DNA from: Carcharhinus longimanus
Lineage: Eukaryota
NCBI GenBank assembly: GCA_030264375.1
Contig: JASCQW010000112.1
Location: 58,329,637 to 58,393,481, forward strand
Length of the DNA: 63,845 bases
Direction: 5' to 3'
Made by a program: the position numbers and the translations under genes. Numbering within the stretch: position 1 is the stretch's first letter; every line of letters begins with the position of its first letter. The notes beneath the pieces are model-generated. The model saw only the letters and a list, made by a program, of their open reading frames with translations, ran no database searches and was not told where the DNA came from. This document shows positions 12,126 to 25,580 of the stretch, piece after piece.

Positions 12126-14545
12126 TTTGCCTTTTTTCTGAAGAATTGGGGCCAGAGTGTCAGGTTCAGACTGAAAACTGATATGTTTCTTTCCAAGGTT
12201 TTTAGTCCAGATCCTCCCACATTTTGCCATTTTAAAACTTGGAGGGAGGGCTGAGGTATTCTGGTGTCATTGTGAGTTGTGAGAGTTGGGGATTAAAGTT
12301 TACTTTTTCGCCTCCAAGAAGAAAATTCAGCCTCAAGTCTCGTTGTCACCTAAACTCAAATTACCTGAAACCCAGGTCCAGAGAGATTAGGGCATCCTCT
12401 ATGAAGGGTGCCTTGATGTCAAAGGAACATTAAAGATGTCCTGCAATTGTTGGCATTGCCCCCCACCCTCTCATTGAATACCCCATGTGAAGTGATTCCC
12501 CATTATGGGGTTGCTTAGAGATTCTGCCTCCTGTAGGCTCCACCCCCTGGCAGTGCCAAACTGGTGGTAACAATCTGCCCTAGCACTGTCCAGCAGGTCT
12601 CTGGCCTCCCAAGGGCTACACTATTCTCCGAGCTCCTGGTGTGGTCATCAGGCCTGGTCCCATTTTTGGAGACCAGTGGTGATTCCCGCCTGGATGATTC
12701 ACCGGTTAAACTAGTTTTGAATATTTAAACACATTTAACTGAATGGAATCAGATTCACTCCTTGCTGTAGCATGAACCTGATGCCATCACTAGACGGTCA
12801 GGGAAGATCTCATTATGATCTCATTATGAGATCTTCCTGGTGCAATTCCTGTTATGGTTCCCCCATGGGAATTCCAGCCATAATGGGAGTTGCATCTGTG
12901 TCGAACAGAGTTGGAAAATTGCCCTCTCTAATTATCATTCAGTAACTGTTCCTGGGAAATACATATATGTAAACATTTGATGAGCATAGTGTTGTCAATC
13001 ATCCGGTATTTACCATCTATGTTCTTCCATGAAGAGTATTCAGTTTAGGGAGTTACTAGAAAGTTGCCAGTTACTGAGAAATAATTCTTTGACTTTAGGC
13101 ATCACTTTTTCAAAACGATTGATTAGTAGAAAATTGAATTTAAAAATGAAAAACTCTACTCATCAAAGTTTCAATATGTCTATTATGTTAAACTTTTTTT
13201 CAACTATTTTAATATGTGAACACCAAAAGAGATAATTTCTCCAGAGAACACATTGCCTCCTATGATCTGCACTTCATAGGCATTTTTTTTAGCTTAGTAT
13301 ATTTTGGATTAAAATCAATTTTCACTCAGATAAAGCATCCCAATCGTGGAAACATTTAGTCTTCCACAGCTACAATAGGAATGATCACGATTGTGAGTCA
13401 TCCGAGTGTACTATCTCTTACGATGTGCTCATACTGTGCAGTATCTAGCTATATGATTATGTGACCTACTGGTGCAACAATAGGACACCTTGTCAGCTTC
13501 ACTTGTTAACTCTGTCTTCTATATGCCCCCATCTGTGACTCTCAAACCTTTTCAAAGTTGGACTGAAAATGCATTTGCTGAGACAAGGTGAAACATGAAT
13601 TTAACAATGTAAGGAGAGTGTAAATCCTACAAACTATTCTCCTTCCACTGCTTTATGTAGTTAAATTCCACAATCAGACATATTTAATAAATAGCTTTTC
13701 CAGTTACAAGTGAATGTGAACTCATTTATTGCATATAAGGTCCTTGTACAAACTTTTAAGAAATTGTGGGCAGGATCTGACCATGGTGGTTGATCAGCAT
13801 GACAAGCTGGTAAGAAAGGGTGGGAGGCTAAAAAAAAATCAGGTTTGCGCCCGGTTTCTCACCTCTCATGAACTAGTCAGTCATGTTTTGCTGCTGAAAT
13901 CAACCTCATATCCAGGGAGAGTGTAAGACAGATTTAGATATTCATAGGCCTATTTAAATTCTATTAGTGAGCTCCAGACGCTATTGTCGGCACTCACTTA
14001 CCTTAGTCCCATGCTGGTCAAGGTCCTCACCGACAAGGACCACAGATGGTCTTCACCAATGGGTAAAAGATGTGTTGGTCATGCCGGTGGGATCAGAGGC
14101 ATTTGAAGCCACCTAAGTGGTCGGGGGCAAAGCCAATCAGTGCCCATAGGCCAGGGCTAGCCTGGCACCCTGGCACTGCCAAGGGGGCAGAGCCTGATGG
14201 GCAGGGACTGACAAGAGAGGCAAAGAGGAGGCCTGTAGAAAGGGAGAGAATGGAGGAACTCTGCATTAGGAGGGTGGGTTTATTGGGGGGGGGGGATTGG
14301 ATGGCAATCAGGGGAGTGGAAACTAGCTTCCCAAAATGGTGGATGGGGGTGTCCATTGGTGGATTGACAGTGACAGATCTCCCAGTGTACTATGTACACA
14401 GTGGACTAGGAGATTGTGGCACCTACACAATGACGTCCTTAGAGCTCAGCAACCAACCTCACAAGTGAGCTTTGACTCCACCACCCCTACTGGTGAGATT
14501 CATGTTATGCCCTATGTTATGCCCTAATACCAAAAGGACTACAGA

Positions 14546-14578
14546 CACCTGACGAAGGGTCTAACCCGAAAGCTTGTG
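14546..14578 (+). ncRNA. Minimal hammerhead ribozyme motif in a Penelope-like terminal repeat (family B)
   Basis: CAC-CTGACGA-A-GGGT CTA ACCC-GAA-AGCT-T-GTG: core boxes, stem II, palindromic stem III, CAC/GTG stem I. Confidence 0.6.
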
Positions 14579-14674
14579 AGAATATTATCAAATAAATAGG
14601 TTGGACTAAAACCTGGTGTTGTCAGACTTTTTACCTAGATGTCCATCAGGCTCTCGCTGACAACAGATTACATA

Positions 14675-15100
14675 GCTGTGGCTTATGGCAACACTCCCAT
14701 CTCTTAGTCATGAGGTTCCCAGGTTTAAGTCCACTCCAAAGACTTGAGAACAAAAATCATGCTTACAGTGCAATACTGAGAGAGTGCTTCACTGTTGGAG
14801 ATGCTGTCTTTTAGATGAGCCCTTAAACTGAGGCTACATCTGCCCTGTCAGGTAAATGCCATGGCACTATTCAAAGAAGACCTGGAGATTTCTCCCTGGT
14901 GTCCTGGTCAATATTTATCCTTCAAATAACATCACTGAAACAGATTGTCTGGTCATTATCACATTGCTGTTTGTGGAAGCTTGCTGTGTGTGAACTGGCT
15001 GTCGTATTTCCTACATTACAACTGTGACTACATTTCAAAAGTACTTCATTGGTTGTAAAATGGTCTGAGTCATTGTAGCGCTATATAAATGCAAATTTTT
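14675..15100 (+). mobile_element. Deu-domain SINE (SacSINE1/AmnSINE-like); degenerate copies near 6790-7195(-), 20180-20420(-), 21850-22030(+), 33980-34180(-), 62020-62300(-)
   Basis: gtgcaatactgagagagtgcttcactgttggagatgctgtcttttagatgag..ccatggcactatt..gtcctggtcaatatttatcc..cacattgctgtttgtgg. Confidence 0.7.
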
Positions 15101-16070
15101 CTTTATTCTTTTAAAATGTAAACAAACAGTCCAACATTTCCACATTGAGTGGACAGACACAAAACCCCAGTCGGATTTAGACACGTGTATTTTGCTCCAT
15201 TAGCCGGACAGGTCAGGCAGTGTTTACGGAGCAGAATATCTGCCAAACTCGCAAATATATTTTCATTTTTACAGCACCATTCACAACCTTAGGATATCCC
15301 AAAGCACTTTATAACCAATTTTTCTAGCTTTCCCTTAAATGCATCTCCACTATTTGCCTCCAAGATTCCCTGTGGCAGTAAGTTCCACATTCCTAACCAC
15401 TCATTGGTTAAAGAAGTTTCTCCTGAATTCCCTTTCAGATTTATTGGTCTATCTTATGTTATGACCATGCCCACAGATGGAAATATTCACTCTCTGTTTT
15501 TTCTATTAAACCTTTTCATGATCTTAAAGATCTCTGTGAGGACACACCTAAATCTTCTCGTTTCAAGAGAAAAGTATCTCAGGATGTTCACTCTTTCCTG
15601 ATGGATGTAACCACTCAGTTAACAGAGGTTATCACTGCATTGCAGCAGAGAATCTTCACTGTGTGGCCCTCATCGTGAGTCAAGACAACTGATTGAGAAC
15701 AGATGTGGCTGCTGGAGCAGGCAGCGACTTCGACTGAGCTCATTCTGGCAGCAAGTGGCAGGAGACGGTAATACCTCCAGAATGAGATCATGGCTCAGAG
15801 CGGAACAAAGGATTATTGCAGGCTGTCTGAATGTTCCACGCAGTGGCAGTGCCTTAGGGATTAGGAGGCAGGCATCTGTGAGAAAGTTCAAGTACCTCAC
15901 TTTCACATTTGCAGAGAGAAGTTGTTATCTCAAACCTAATCTAAAGTTAGGAAGTGTTGTAGGAGTTAGCTCAGACTGAGCACGTTCAGTCAGTATTGAA
16001 ACACTGGTGTGAAATGAGAATAGGTAGAAGGGCACAGATAGGACACGGGCTTTGAGCTGACACACAGTTT

Positions 16071-16185
16071 GGGTGGGAATTTCTGGTCTTGTGGCAGTCG
16101 TGACTGGAAAAATCATCGGACCTTTGCATCGTCCTGTCCCACCTGCTACGATTCCCGTGGCAGATGGAACAGGAAAATTCCACCC
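16071..16185. mobile_element. Short Harbinger-type MITE related to 22978-23084
   Basis: GGGTGGGAATTT ... AAAATTCCACCC; shares the internal gattcc(c/t)gtggc segment. Confidence 0.6.
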
Positions 16186-16859
16186 AGTATCTTTGCATTT
16201 AAGGGAAATGGTTGATGGAGGAGAAAGTTAGAATTGTATGTGTTATTTGTGGATTAACAGGAATATTTGCTGTGCTGTACTTGTCTGATAGAAAGAACAG
16301 ATGGTTTAATGGGAACAGCGCAGCAGGGGTTTCCTGTTCCTGGTACAGCCACAAACTTAATGCATTATTAACCCCTAGGAATGATTTTAATAATTCATGA
16401 TCTCGTTGAATGTCGAGACAGACTCGATGGGGCAAATGGCCTCCTTCTATTTCCTACATCTTATGGTCTAATAGCACTGAGCGTGAGGTGGCCTGGAGCC
16501 ATTGAACTGCTGCTGGGCCCTAATCAGAGCAGCCTGGTCTCAGCACAGCCCTTTTCCCTGCCTCCAAATCTTCATTGTCAAAACTCAGAATAGCAATGTA
16601 CAGTTACAAACACAGACCCCACTCTCTCCATCACTGATAAACAAACCCAACTCTCCCATCACAGAAACATAGATACAACTCCCCAGAATTTCACAGAAAC
16701 ACGGCGCAAAACCCTGTGCCCTTCCCTGTAGTGGGTTTGGTGGCAGGGGCCATGCCCCCCTCAACCCCTGTTCCCTTCCCCTTCCCTCCCACCTCCGCTC
16801 TGTGGCCATGGATAACCTTCCTGACCCCACACAATTGAAATCCTTAATTAAGCAATTAA

Positions 16860-17690
16860 TTCTCTGTCAAATGCAGCCTTGTTGTCAAGGGCAGTCACTC
16901 GCCTCACCTTTTGATTTCAGCTCATTTGGCTATGTTTAGGCAAAAGCTGTAATGAAATCAGGAGCTGCATGGCTCTGGTGGAACCCAACTGAGCATCAGT
17001 CAACAGATTATTGCTGCATAGTACTGCTTGATAGCACTGTTGATGGCCCATTCCATCACTTTACTGATGATTGATTGAAAGTAGATTGATGGAGCAGTAT
17101 TTGGCCAGATTGGATTTGTCCTGTTTTTGTGTACATGAGATACCTGGGCAATTTTCCACACTGTCGGGTAGATGCCGGTGTTGTAACTGTACGGGAACAG
17201 CTGAGACAGGGGTCCAGCAAGTTCTGGAGCACAAGTCTTCAGTACTATTGCTGGAATGTTATCAGGACCCATAGCCTTTGCAGTATCCAATGCCTTAAGC
17301 CGTTTTTTGATATTATGTTAAGTGAATTGAATAAACTGAAGATTGACATCCATGATGCTGGGGACCTCCAGAGGAGGCCAAGATGGGTCACCTACTCAGC
17401 ACTTCTGACGAAAGGTGGTTGAAAATGCTTCAGCCTTGCCTTCTGCACTGATGTGTTGGGTTCTCCCATTATTAAGGATGCAGATATTTGTGGACCTTTC
17501 TCCTCCAGTGAGTTGTTTAATTGTTCAACCCCATTCAAGAATGGATTTGGAGGACTGCTTAGCTCTGATCTATTGGTTGTGGGATTGCTTAGCTCTGTTG
17601 ATCAAATGCCATTTTTACAGATTGACATGCATGTAGTTTCACCAGGTCAACGCATAATATTTAGATATGCATGGTGCTATTCCTCATGAT
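16860..17690 (-). mobile_element. LINE (CR1/L2 group) ORF2 fragment, RT N-terminal region
   Basis: DTAKAMGPDNIPAIVLKTCAPELAGPLSQLF..GIYPTVWKIAQV. Confidence 0.8.
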
Positions 17691-17916
17691 TTCCCTCTCT
17701 GTCTCTCTCTTCTCACCCTTCCTTCTCTCCCTCACTTCCACCTCCGCTCTCAGCCTCTCTCCACTTCCTCCCACTTTCTCCCTCCTGCTCCTCCCTCCCT
17801 TCTTCCCTTCAATAGATCTCTCCTTCAACTCCATCCCTCCCTCTCACCATCCCTTTCTTCACTCACTCCTTTCTCTCCCTTCTTCCCACTCTCCCTCCAT
17901 ATCTCCCACCTCTCTC
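17690..17916 (+). repeat. CT-rich polypyrimidine low-complexity tract
   Basis: About 225 nt that are mostly C/T. Confidence 0.85.
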
Positions 17917-18609
17917 CAACCCATGTGGCTACTGAATGTATTTATGACCGTGTGCCTCTTCCTAATTCTAATATATACATAAGTATAGCTAGAAAATTTA
18001 CATTTGATTTCTGAGGTTTCCTGATGCTCTTGGGAGGTCATTAGAGGTTCCGTGGCTCAAAAGGTTTGGGAAACCCTGTCCAAGTTCCAGAAGGCAGGAA
18101 GAATGCAGTACAGTAGCAGGAGGCTTAACTCTGATCCCAGTAATGGAACAGGAGAACTTTTTCCATTCTCTAACAGCATCAGCAACATTTTCAGTTGCAA
18201 ACAAAAGCACAGACTGTGTCTCGGTTTGCACAGGTCTGGATCCAGCACTCAATCTTTCCATTCAAGCAGTGATCAGATGGCAAGCCTCAACACTTAGAAA
18301 TGTTGTCAGCTAGCCTCAGCTGGCAGTACTCACAACTTTGAGCAGGAAGGTCATGGGTCCAGGTCTCATTCATGAGATACAGCATACAATCTAGGCAGAG
18401 ACATCCAACCAGCTACCGCGGAGGTGTTCGAGATGTTGAATTCCCTGATGTGCTTTGCACAAAATGTCACTCTGTGTTGCTCGGAGAAGACAGAATTTCC
18501 AAGTGTCCCATTCAGTGTTCGTTCCTGGATCAACCCCAAGGAAAACGTATTAACTGGCCATTAATCACTGGTTGGTTGTGCGACTTCGCTGAGCACATGT
18601 TGGCTGCAT

Positions 18610-19150
18610 TGTTAAGGGGGCAGTGCGGAGGGAGCGCCGCGCTGGGGGACAGTCACACTGAGGGGCTGTACTGTCAGAATGTCAGTACTGAGGGTGCGCT
18701 TTACTTGGTAAGGGTAGTACTGAGGGAGCAATGCACTGTCAGATGCAATATTAAGGGAGCACTGGACTATGGAAGGTGCAGTAGTGAAAGAGCAGTGGTG
18801 CAATGCTGAGGGAACGCTGCAATGTGGGAGGGGCAGTACTGCGAGGGTACAGCACTGTGGGTGGGCCAATACTGAGGGAGCACGGCATTGTTGAAGGTAC
18901 AATATTGAGGGAGCACTGCAGTGTGGGAGGGGCAGTAACGAGGAAGCACTGCACTGTTAGATTTGCAATCCTAAGAGATTGCTGCACTATGTAGGGGTAG
19001 CACTGCACTATTGAATGTGCTATACTGAAGATTGCTGCACTATGGGAGGAACAGTATGAAGAAGAACTACACTAAGTGGCCATATTGAGGGAGTGTTGCA
19101 TTGAGGGGCTAGACTGAGGGAGTGTTGCATTGAGGGGCTGGACTGACGGA
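18610..19150. repeat. Degenerate ~32-bp tandem repeat derived from a Deu-SINE segment
   Basis: Repeated cagtactgagggagcactgcagtgtgggaggg-like units. Confidence 0.75.
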
Positions 19151-19638
19151 ACACTTTTCCTTATAAATGTTTGGCAAACATTCGTCTGTTGAAATTCTCT
19201 CTTTTATGAGTACTACTGTGGTCAGTGATACTCTAAAGTTCTCCCTCCCGTTGCTCCTGCATCCTCATTGTTTTGCATTCTCTTCCGCTATACTCTGCGT
19301 TAAATTCCATTAGAAACAGGGATGGGGCACAAGATAGTGAAGTGGGTTCATGGACAGCAAATAGTGCCCCAGCCTGAGTTCCAGGATTTGGCCAAGAATT
19401 CCAGGCTGCACAATTACTTTTCATTATTGGGAAACTCAAGTAAAGTGCTGAGCCCAAAAGTGCAGGCCATCAGTATGCTTGGGAAGTGTGGTAAATAAGG
19501 AAATAGTAATGCTGTGGAGCAGAGCTTGGGTTTCAATTTGTAGGACGAGGGAACAGTGAGGCTTACCCCAGGGAGGAGACCCACCAGAGTTAAAACCTCA
19601 GCAGCCTTCACTTTGTAATGCAAACAGTGCACTGAGTT

Positions 19639-19982
19639 CATAGAATCCCTGCAGTGAACAAGGAGGCCATTTGGACCATCAGGCCTGCATTGACTCTCCA
19701 ACAGAGCATCCCACCAAGGCCCTTATCCCCATAACCCCTTGTGTTTACCCCACTAATTCCTCTAACCTACACATCTTGAGACACTAAGGGGCATTTTAGC
19801 ATGGCCAATCCACTTAACCTGCACATCTTTGGACTGAGAGGAAGCTGGAGCACCCAGAGGAAAACCACACAGACATGGGGAGAATGTGTAAATTCCACAC
19901 AGACAGTCACACAAGGCTGGAATCGACCCCAGGTCCCTGGTGCTGTGAGGCAGCCGTGCTAACCACTATGCTATTGTGCCAC
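19639..19982 (-). mobile_element. tRNA-derived SINE, same family
   Basis: Reverse complement of head, core and tail (catagaatccct ... ctgtgaggcagccgtgctaaccac). Confidence 0.8.
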
Positions 19983-21265
19983 CCAAAAATTCTAGGACAC
20001 CTAGGCTCTTTATGAAAGCAAAGGCAGCGAACAGAGTGGAACTGAAACCATGGGTGCTTAGAGACAGGTCGGTGCTGTTGGACAGTACAAGAATTGGACC
20101 CGAGACCTTGCTGTCATTGGCACACCGTTTAAACATTTGAGCTAATTCCACATGATTATCATTGGAAACAAAGGACTTCCATTATGTAGTGCCTTTCACA
20201 ACCTCCCAAAATCACTTCATAACCAATGAAGTACTTTTATGCTGACACTTTTGGGTCGGAAGTATATGAGGCAATTGGCACACAGGAAGATCTCACAATC
20301 AGCAAGAGAATAATAGCCAGATCATTGCTTTTAATTATATTGGTTAAGGGATAAATTTTGGCTGGACATAAATAAAACTCCCTGTTTTTCTTGGGATTAT
20401 GCCACAGAATTCTCTGCATCCACCTGCCTTTACTTTTCTGCTCCTGAAATCTGCATCCACGTGTATTGTCACCTTCAAACTTAACTATTCCAATACTGTC
20501 CCTTTGGCCTCTCAATCTCCATCCTCCATAATCTTCAGCTCATCCTAACTCGCACTCAGTCCATTCGCCCATTTATCACCTGTTGACCTAACTTGACACC
20601 TGACTTGGCAAAGCTCCAATCTTATCGTCCATTTTCAAATCTCCCTATTGCCTCACCCTCCCAATCTCTGTAATCTCCACAGCCCCACAAACCTCGCAGG
20701 TAGCTGAGCCTCTGCAGCATCTCTGGTTTTAATTACTCCACCACTGATGGTTATGCCTTCAGCTGCTGAGGCCCTAAGCACTTGAATTCCCCTGCTAAAG
20801 CTCTTCACTTTCCTTCTTTATCAGACTCCTTAAATTTACCTCTCTGACCCAGTCACCTGCCTCAGTATCTCCTCTATCTCAGTGTCAATATTTGACCGAT
20901 TACAGTCTTGTGAAGCACCTTGATCTGTTTTTCCTAGAATATATTGATGATGTTGATAGATGATGTTGATGATGTAATTTGGATGTTCTGTATTGGTGGA
21001 TAAATCAAAAGCAAGAGACAATGTCATCCAGCTAAACGTGGGATACAGAAAAGGGGTGTTCAGAAGAAAAACTGCTGGTGCTTCAATGATAGCATTGAAA
21101 AATGTGCTGGATAATGACTAAAAACAGAATATGAGAAGGACAAATCGGGAAGGGAGGAATGTATAAAATCAACCTGGAGAACTCCGGTAAATGTGGGGGA
21201 AGGACCAGGTGGCTTCCTGTTGCTCCTGCCTATCCTTTCAGTTTGTGTAATGTTCCTCTTCCTAG

Positions 21266-21421
21266 GAGGAGAGCTGGATCAGCGAGAGAATGAAGAAGTT
21301 AAAAGACAATTCCTCTGCAGACATTAGTGACCTGCAGGGCAAGCTGAAGCTTCTGCAGAAACACCAAGCATTTGAGGCTGAGATCTTGGCCCATCAGGCT
21401 ATTATTACCAGTGTTACTGGG
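21266..21421 (+). CDS. SPTBN5: SPTBN5 exon 4, phase 0/0
   Basis: tcctag| ... |gtaagt; EESWISERMKKLKDNSSADISDLQGKLKLLQKHQAFEAEILAHQAIITSVTG. Confidence 0.95.
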
Positions 21422-22977
21422 GTAAGTATTACCTTCATTTCTCTGTTATATGTGAGATACTAATTATCCCCATTACAGTGAAATCCACTTGGTGAGTTGT
21501 TGGTGTTCAACAGAATGTCAATGTGACGCTCTCACCCTGTTTCTGTTCAGCCCGTGTGACACTGGATTGAGTCTTGGCCCAATCTCAAGTCATGTTGAAA
21601 TTGTTTCGTACTTGGCTCTGATACAGGGGAGCAGCCCATCAGAGAAATATGATCTGAAGTAACTTTTTCTCAAAGGATACCTTAAATAGTGTGTGCATCG
21701 TCCAGGCTTTCTCCTTCCTTTGTGCTTATCAGGAAAACATTGCACTTTCTGTGTCATGCTGTATTTGTATATTTCTCTGTACTTCCTGTGTAAAACATTG
21801 TTTTTTTACATGTTGTGGAGTACTTCCTGTTTTGCATCATACCTCTGTATTGATCACAGCACACTCACCTCTCAGTCAGAAGGTCATGACTCCACTCCAG
21901 AGACCTGGACACAAAATGCACTTGCATAGGTGCTGTCTTTCTAGTGAGATGTTAAAATGAGGCCATAGCCTCTAAAGTGGATGTAAAAGATTCCATGGCA
22001 TTATTGGAGGAAGAACGGGGGTAGTTCAATCAGAATTTCAAGGGGTTCCAACCTGTTATCAATTGGTCACAACAAACCTTGTCCCACAACAGAGATCTAG
22101 ACAGTAATTTACAGTTCCAAACAGATCATCTATCACTTGTTGGGTTACTGGACTAAGTTCCTTACATTATCTTCTCTTTCTTGTTCAGCTTCTTTAGCAA
22201 GGCAGATATTAGGTTCCTGCCAGCATTGATGTCCACTCATGCAAGCATGTTTTCTAACTCTGTATCTGTACTTCTCCAAAATACTCATCATTTGATTCAA
22301 TAATAAGGCTAAATTTGTTTGTCCCCGCAAGCTTAAATCTGTTTTTCACTCAGCAAGTTTATACATCTTGTGTTCATATATACAAAGACACATCTGGTCT
22401 TATCCAACATCTTGATTCATACGTTTTTCTGCCTCTCTTAGGTCTGCACCACAGTTTACCCTTTGTTACATTTATTAACCTAGCTCATTGATCCTTTACA
22501 AATTATAGCAATTACTGATGTACATTGTTCAACTACTCTTCAATTGCAAACATTTCCCAACCTATTTGCACAGAAAGGTCTGTTCAAACATGCAGTTTAC
22601 ATTTTGCATTTGTTCAAACTGTTGCATTTTTAAAACTATTTGGGTTACTGCACCTTTAAAATGTACTTGATTACTGCATTATCAAAGAGATTCCAATCCT
22701 CACCACTGTATTTGGGTAAAGGAATGTTAAACCATTTTTAACAAATCAATCCTTGACAATCTTACAGTTTTCCATGGTTACCTAGACGAATTTTTATCAG
22801 ATAAAAATCAATTATCTGATATTTATCACATTGCTGCTGTGGGAACTTGTGTACAAATTTGCTACCTTACAACAATTCAAAAGTGTGTAATTGTCTGTAA
22901 AAGACTAAACGCAGGTCTTTTTTGGACCTGATATCTTTTGTGACTTCCTGTATTCCCAGTCCTCAGTGTGACACAGT

Positions 22978-23084
22978 GGGCAGGATTTTATGGCCTCGCT
23001 CATCCCGATACTGTAAAATCCCACCCATAGTTCACCCCTTGCCTGCTCTGATTCCTGTGGCGAGCGGATGGTAAAATTCTGGCC
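22978..23084. mobile_element. Short Harbinger-type MITE
   Basis: AGT|GGGCAGGATTTTA ... TAAAATTCTGGCC|AGT. Confidence 0.65.
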
Positions 23085-23139
23085 AGTACTTCCTATGTTG
23101 CTGGTATATCCTGGGCATTATGTCCCTCCTGGATTAAAG

Positions 23140-23340
23140 TAAAATGCTGAGGTTGCTGGAAATCTGACATAATAACAGGAAATGATGAAAAAACTCAGCA
23201 GGTCTGATTACATTGGTGGAGAGAGAAACGGACTTAACGTTTCGAGTCCATAAGAAGTGATATGGAATTGAAACGTGAACTCTGTCCTCTCTCCACAGAT
23301 GCTGCCAGACATGTGGAATTTTTCCAGCATTTTCTGTTCT
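23140..23340. mobile_element. Second class of Penelope-like terminal repeat, inverted pair
   Basis: gctggaaatctga..ctcagcaggtctg..tggagagagaaac..aacgtttcg / gaaacgtgaactctgtcctctctccacagatgctgccagac..ccagcattttctg. Confidence 0.55.
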
Positions 23341-23413
23341 AATGTCCCTCCCGGAGTTGTCTTGTTTTGAGAAAGTCCATCTCACTGTGCCCCTTGAATT
23401 TATACCAATACAG

Positions 23414-23605
23414 ACAGGTGAGCTGCTGTTGTCTGGACACCACCCCAAATCAAGCGAGATCCGTCGAAATATGAGGATACTCCTCGAACATTGGGAGCAG
23501 CTGAAATTAGCAGCAGCTGCACATGGAAAAATGTTGGAGGGCAACCGGGATTTCTTGGAATTCCTGCAGAAAGTCGAACAGGTTGAGGCATGGATCAGGG
23601 AAAAG
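23414..23605 (+). CDS. SPTBN5: SPTBN5 exon 5, phase 0/0
   Basis: atacag| ... |gtagga; TGELLLSGHHPKSSEIRR...FLQKVEQVEAWIREK. Confidence 0.93.
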
Positions 23606-24416
23606 GTAGGAATAGTGTTGGGGAATTTTCTGTACTTGGTACTCCACGACCTTTGGTGGAATTTGCAAGCTTACTGAGCAATGAGAATTGGGCACTGTGA
23701 TTTTTAGGTGGAGGTGGGGATTAGTTACACAAGACAATAGCTTTTTTGTGATTACACCTATCTTGGAGCATCACTTTAACTGGGCAAGTTATGATCTGAT
23801 AATGTGCCCTCCCACCTTGATTCTGGGTAAATTATGCACCTATTAAATAAGCATTTGGTGTTTGCTGTGTATTTGAAGAAATCACATTGTTCTTACCTTT
23901 TGCCAATTCTCTACTTTTATATTAACTTGTGCTTTTATCGTGGACTCCATGTCTGGGTAATTAGACGGTTAAAGTTCTTATTGTGGTTCAATTATTTATA
24001 GCTGACCTTATATACCAAGGCTATTTGAGACAGTCAACAGGAACAATAACAGTGACTAAAATTACAAAATTGCAGTAAGAAGATAGAAAGAATTAAAAGG
24101 ATTACTTTGGGAATCAGAACGGATATTCCTTCCAATTCAGAAAGCGAGTGCAGGTCCGACATTGCCCTTGAGGCTCTGGTCGCTCCCACCTGAGTACAGC
24201 ACTTGCCCACTCAGCCATCAGGGTTAGTTATACAGAAAATGCCCAAGTTCTGAGTACCCTTCCTGTCCTGGTTCCCAGGGAAGGGAGGGAAGTTCTGTTC
24301 AATCTATTACTCAGGGATAGAATCGGTTGTGCATTGCAATAGAAAATATATTTACTCACTGACCAAACATTATAATTCTTAACTCTGCATTTTTCATTCC
24401 ATCTCATTTCAAATAG

Positions 24417-24506
24417 GAGGTGATGATTAATGTGGGCGATGTCGGCAAAGACTACGAGCACTGCTTACAGCTGCAGAAAAAGCTCAACAAGTTCCGAGGA
24501 GCAGGG
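24417..24506 (+). CDS. SPTBN5: SPTBN5 exon 6, phase 0/0
   Basis: aaatag| ... |gtaggt; EVMINVGDVGKDYEHCLQLQKKLNKFRGAG; the GDxGxDxEHC motif is characteristic of betaH/betaV spectrin. Confidence 0.95.
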
Positions 24507-24763
24507 GTAGGTATTGGCCTCTGAGCATTGTGGTATATCAGCTGTGAACTTTTGTCCATTCACTTCCATAAGAATATTGTCAACCAGTATTCCTTTCACA
24601 CATTTAGGAGAGTTGTGCTCAACAGAATGAGGGAAGTCAAGGGGTGGCACGGTGATTAGCACTGCCTCACATCACCAGGAGCACAGGTTTAATTCCAACC
24701 TTGGGTGACTGTCTGTATGGAGTTTGCATGCTCTCCCCATGTCTGCGTGAGTTTCCTCTGGGT

Positions 24764-25580
24764 CATAGAGTCATAGAGGTTTACAGCATGGAAACATGCC
24801 CTTCGCCCCAACTTGTCCATGCCACCCTGTTTTTAAAACCCTTAAGCTAATCCCAATTGCCTGCATTTGGCCCATATCCCTCTATACCATTGTACCTGTG
24901 TAACTATCTAAATGCTTTTTAAAAGACAAAATTGTACCCGCTTCTACTACTTCTACTACCCACTTCTACCTCTGGCAGCTTGTTCCAGGCACTCACCACC
25001 CTCTGTGTGAAAAAATTGCCCCTCTGGATACCTTTGTGTGTCTCCCCTCTCACCTTAAACCTATGCCCTCTAGTTTTAGACTCCCCTACCTTTGGGAAAA
25101 GATACTGACTATCTAGCTGATCTGTACCCCTCATGATGTTTGGACCTCTATAAGATCACCCCTCAGCTTCCTACACCCCAGAGGAAAAAGTCCCAGTCTA
25201 TCCAGCCTCTCTTTTTATAACTCAATCCATCAAGTTCCAGTAGCATCCTAGTATATCTTTTCTGTACTCTTTCTAGTTTAATAATATCCTTTCTATCATA
25301 GGGTGACCAGAACTACCCAATATTCCAAGTGTGGCCTTACCAATGTTTTGTACAACTTCAACAAGATGTTCCAACTCCTGTATTCAGTGTTCTGATTGAT
25401 GAAACCAAGCATGCCGAATGCCTTCTTCACCACTCTGTCCACCTGTGACTCCACTTTCAAGGAGCTATGGACCTGTACCCCGAGATCTCTTTGTTCTGTA
25501 ACTCTCCCCAACACCTTACCATTAACTGAATAAGTCCTGCCCTGGCTCAATCGACCAAAATGCATCACCTCGCATTTATA
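24764..25580 (-). mobile_element. CR1 LINE 3' end, adjoining a truncated SINE head at 24643-24763
   Basis: KCEVMHFGR..EQRDLGVQVHSSLKVESQVDRVVKKAFGMLGFI..YKTLVRPHLEY; KTRGHRFKV; ctctatga tail repeats. Confidence 0.9.

Noticed and set aside
14070-14468. 132-aa ORF and similar GC-rich ORFs at 29829-30326, 42351-42761 and 46757-47359
   Set aside because: They lie within GC-rich non-autonomous DNA-transposon-like sequence and show no recognisable protein similarity
15690-15979. GC-richer patch with short ORFs, a possible extra exon in the 15-kb intron
   Set aside because: No spectrin similarity and no convincing splice pair; exons 3 and 4 already join seamlessly (DLTE|EESW)
17667-18014. Leu/Ser/Pro/Phe-rich ORFs that look like membrane proteins
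   Set aside because: Translations of the CT-rich low-complexity tract
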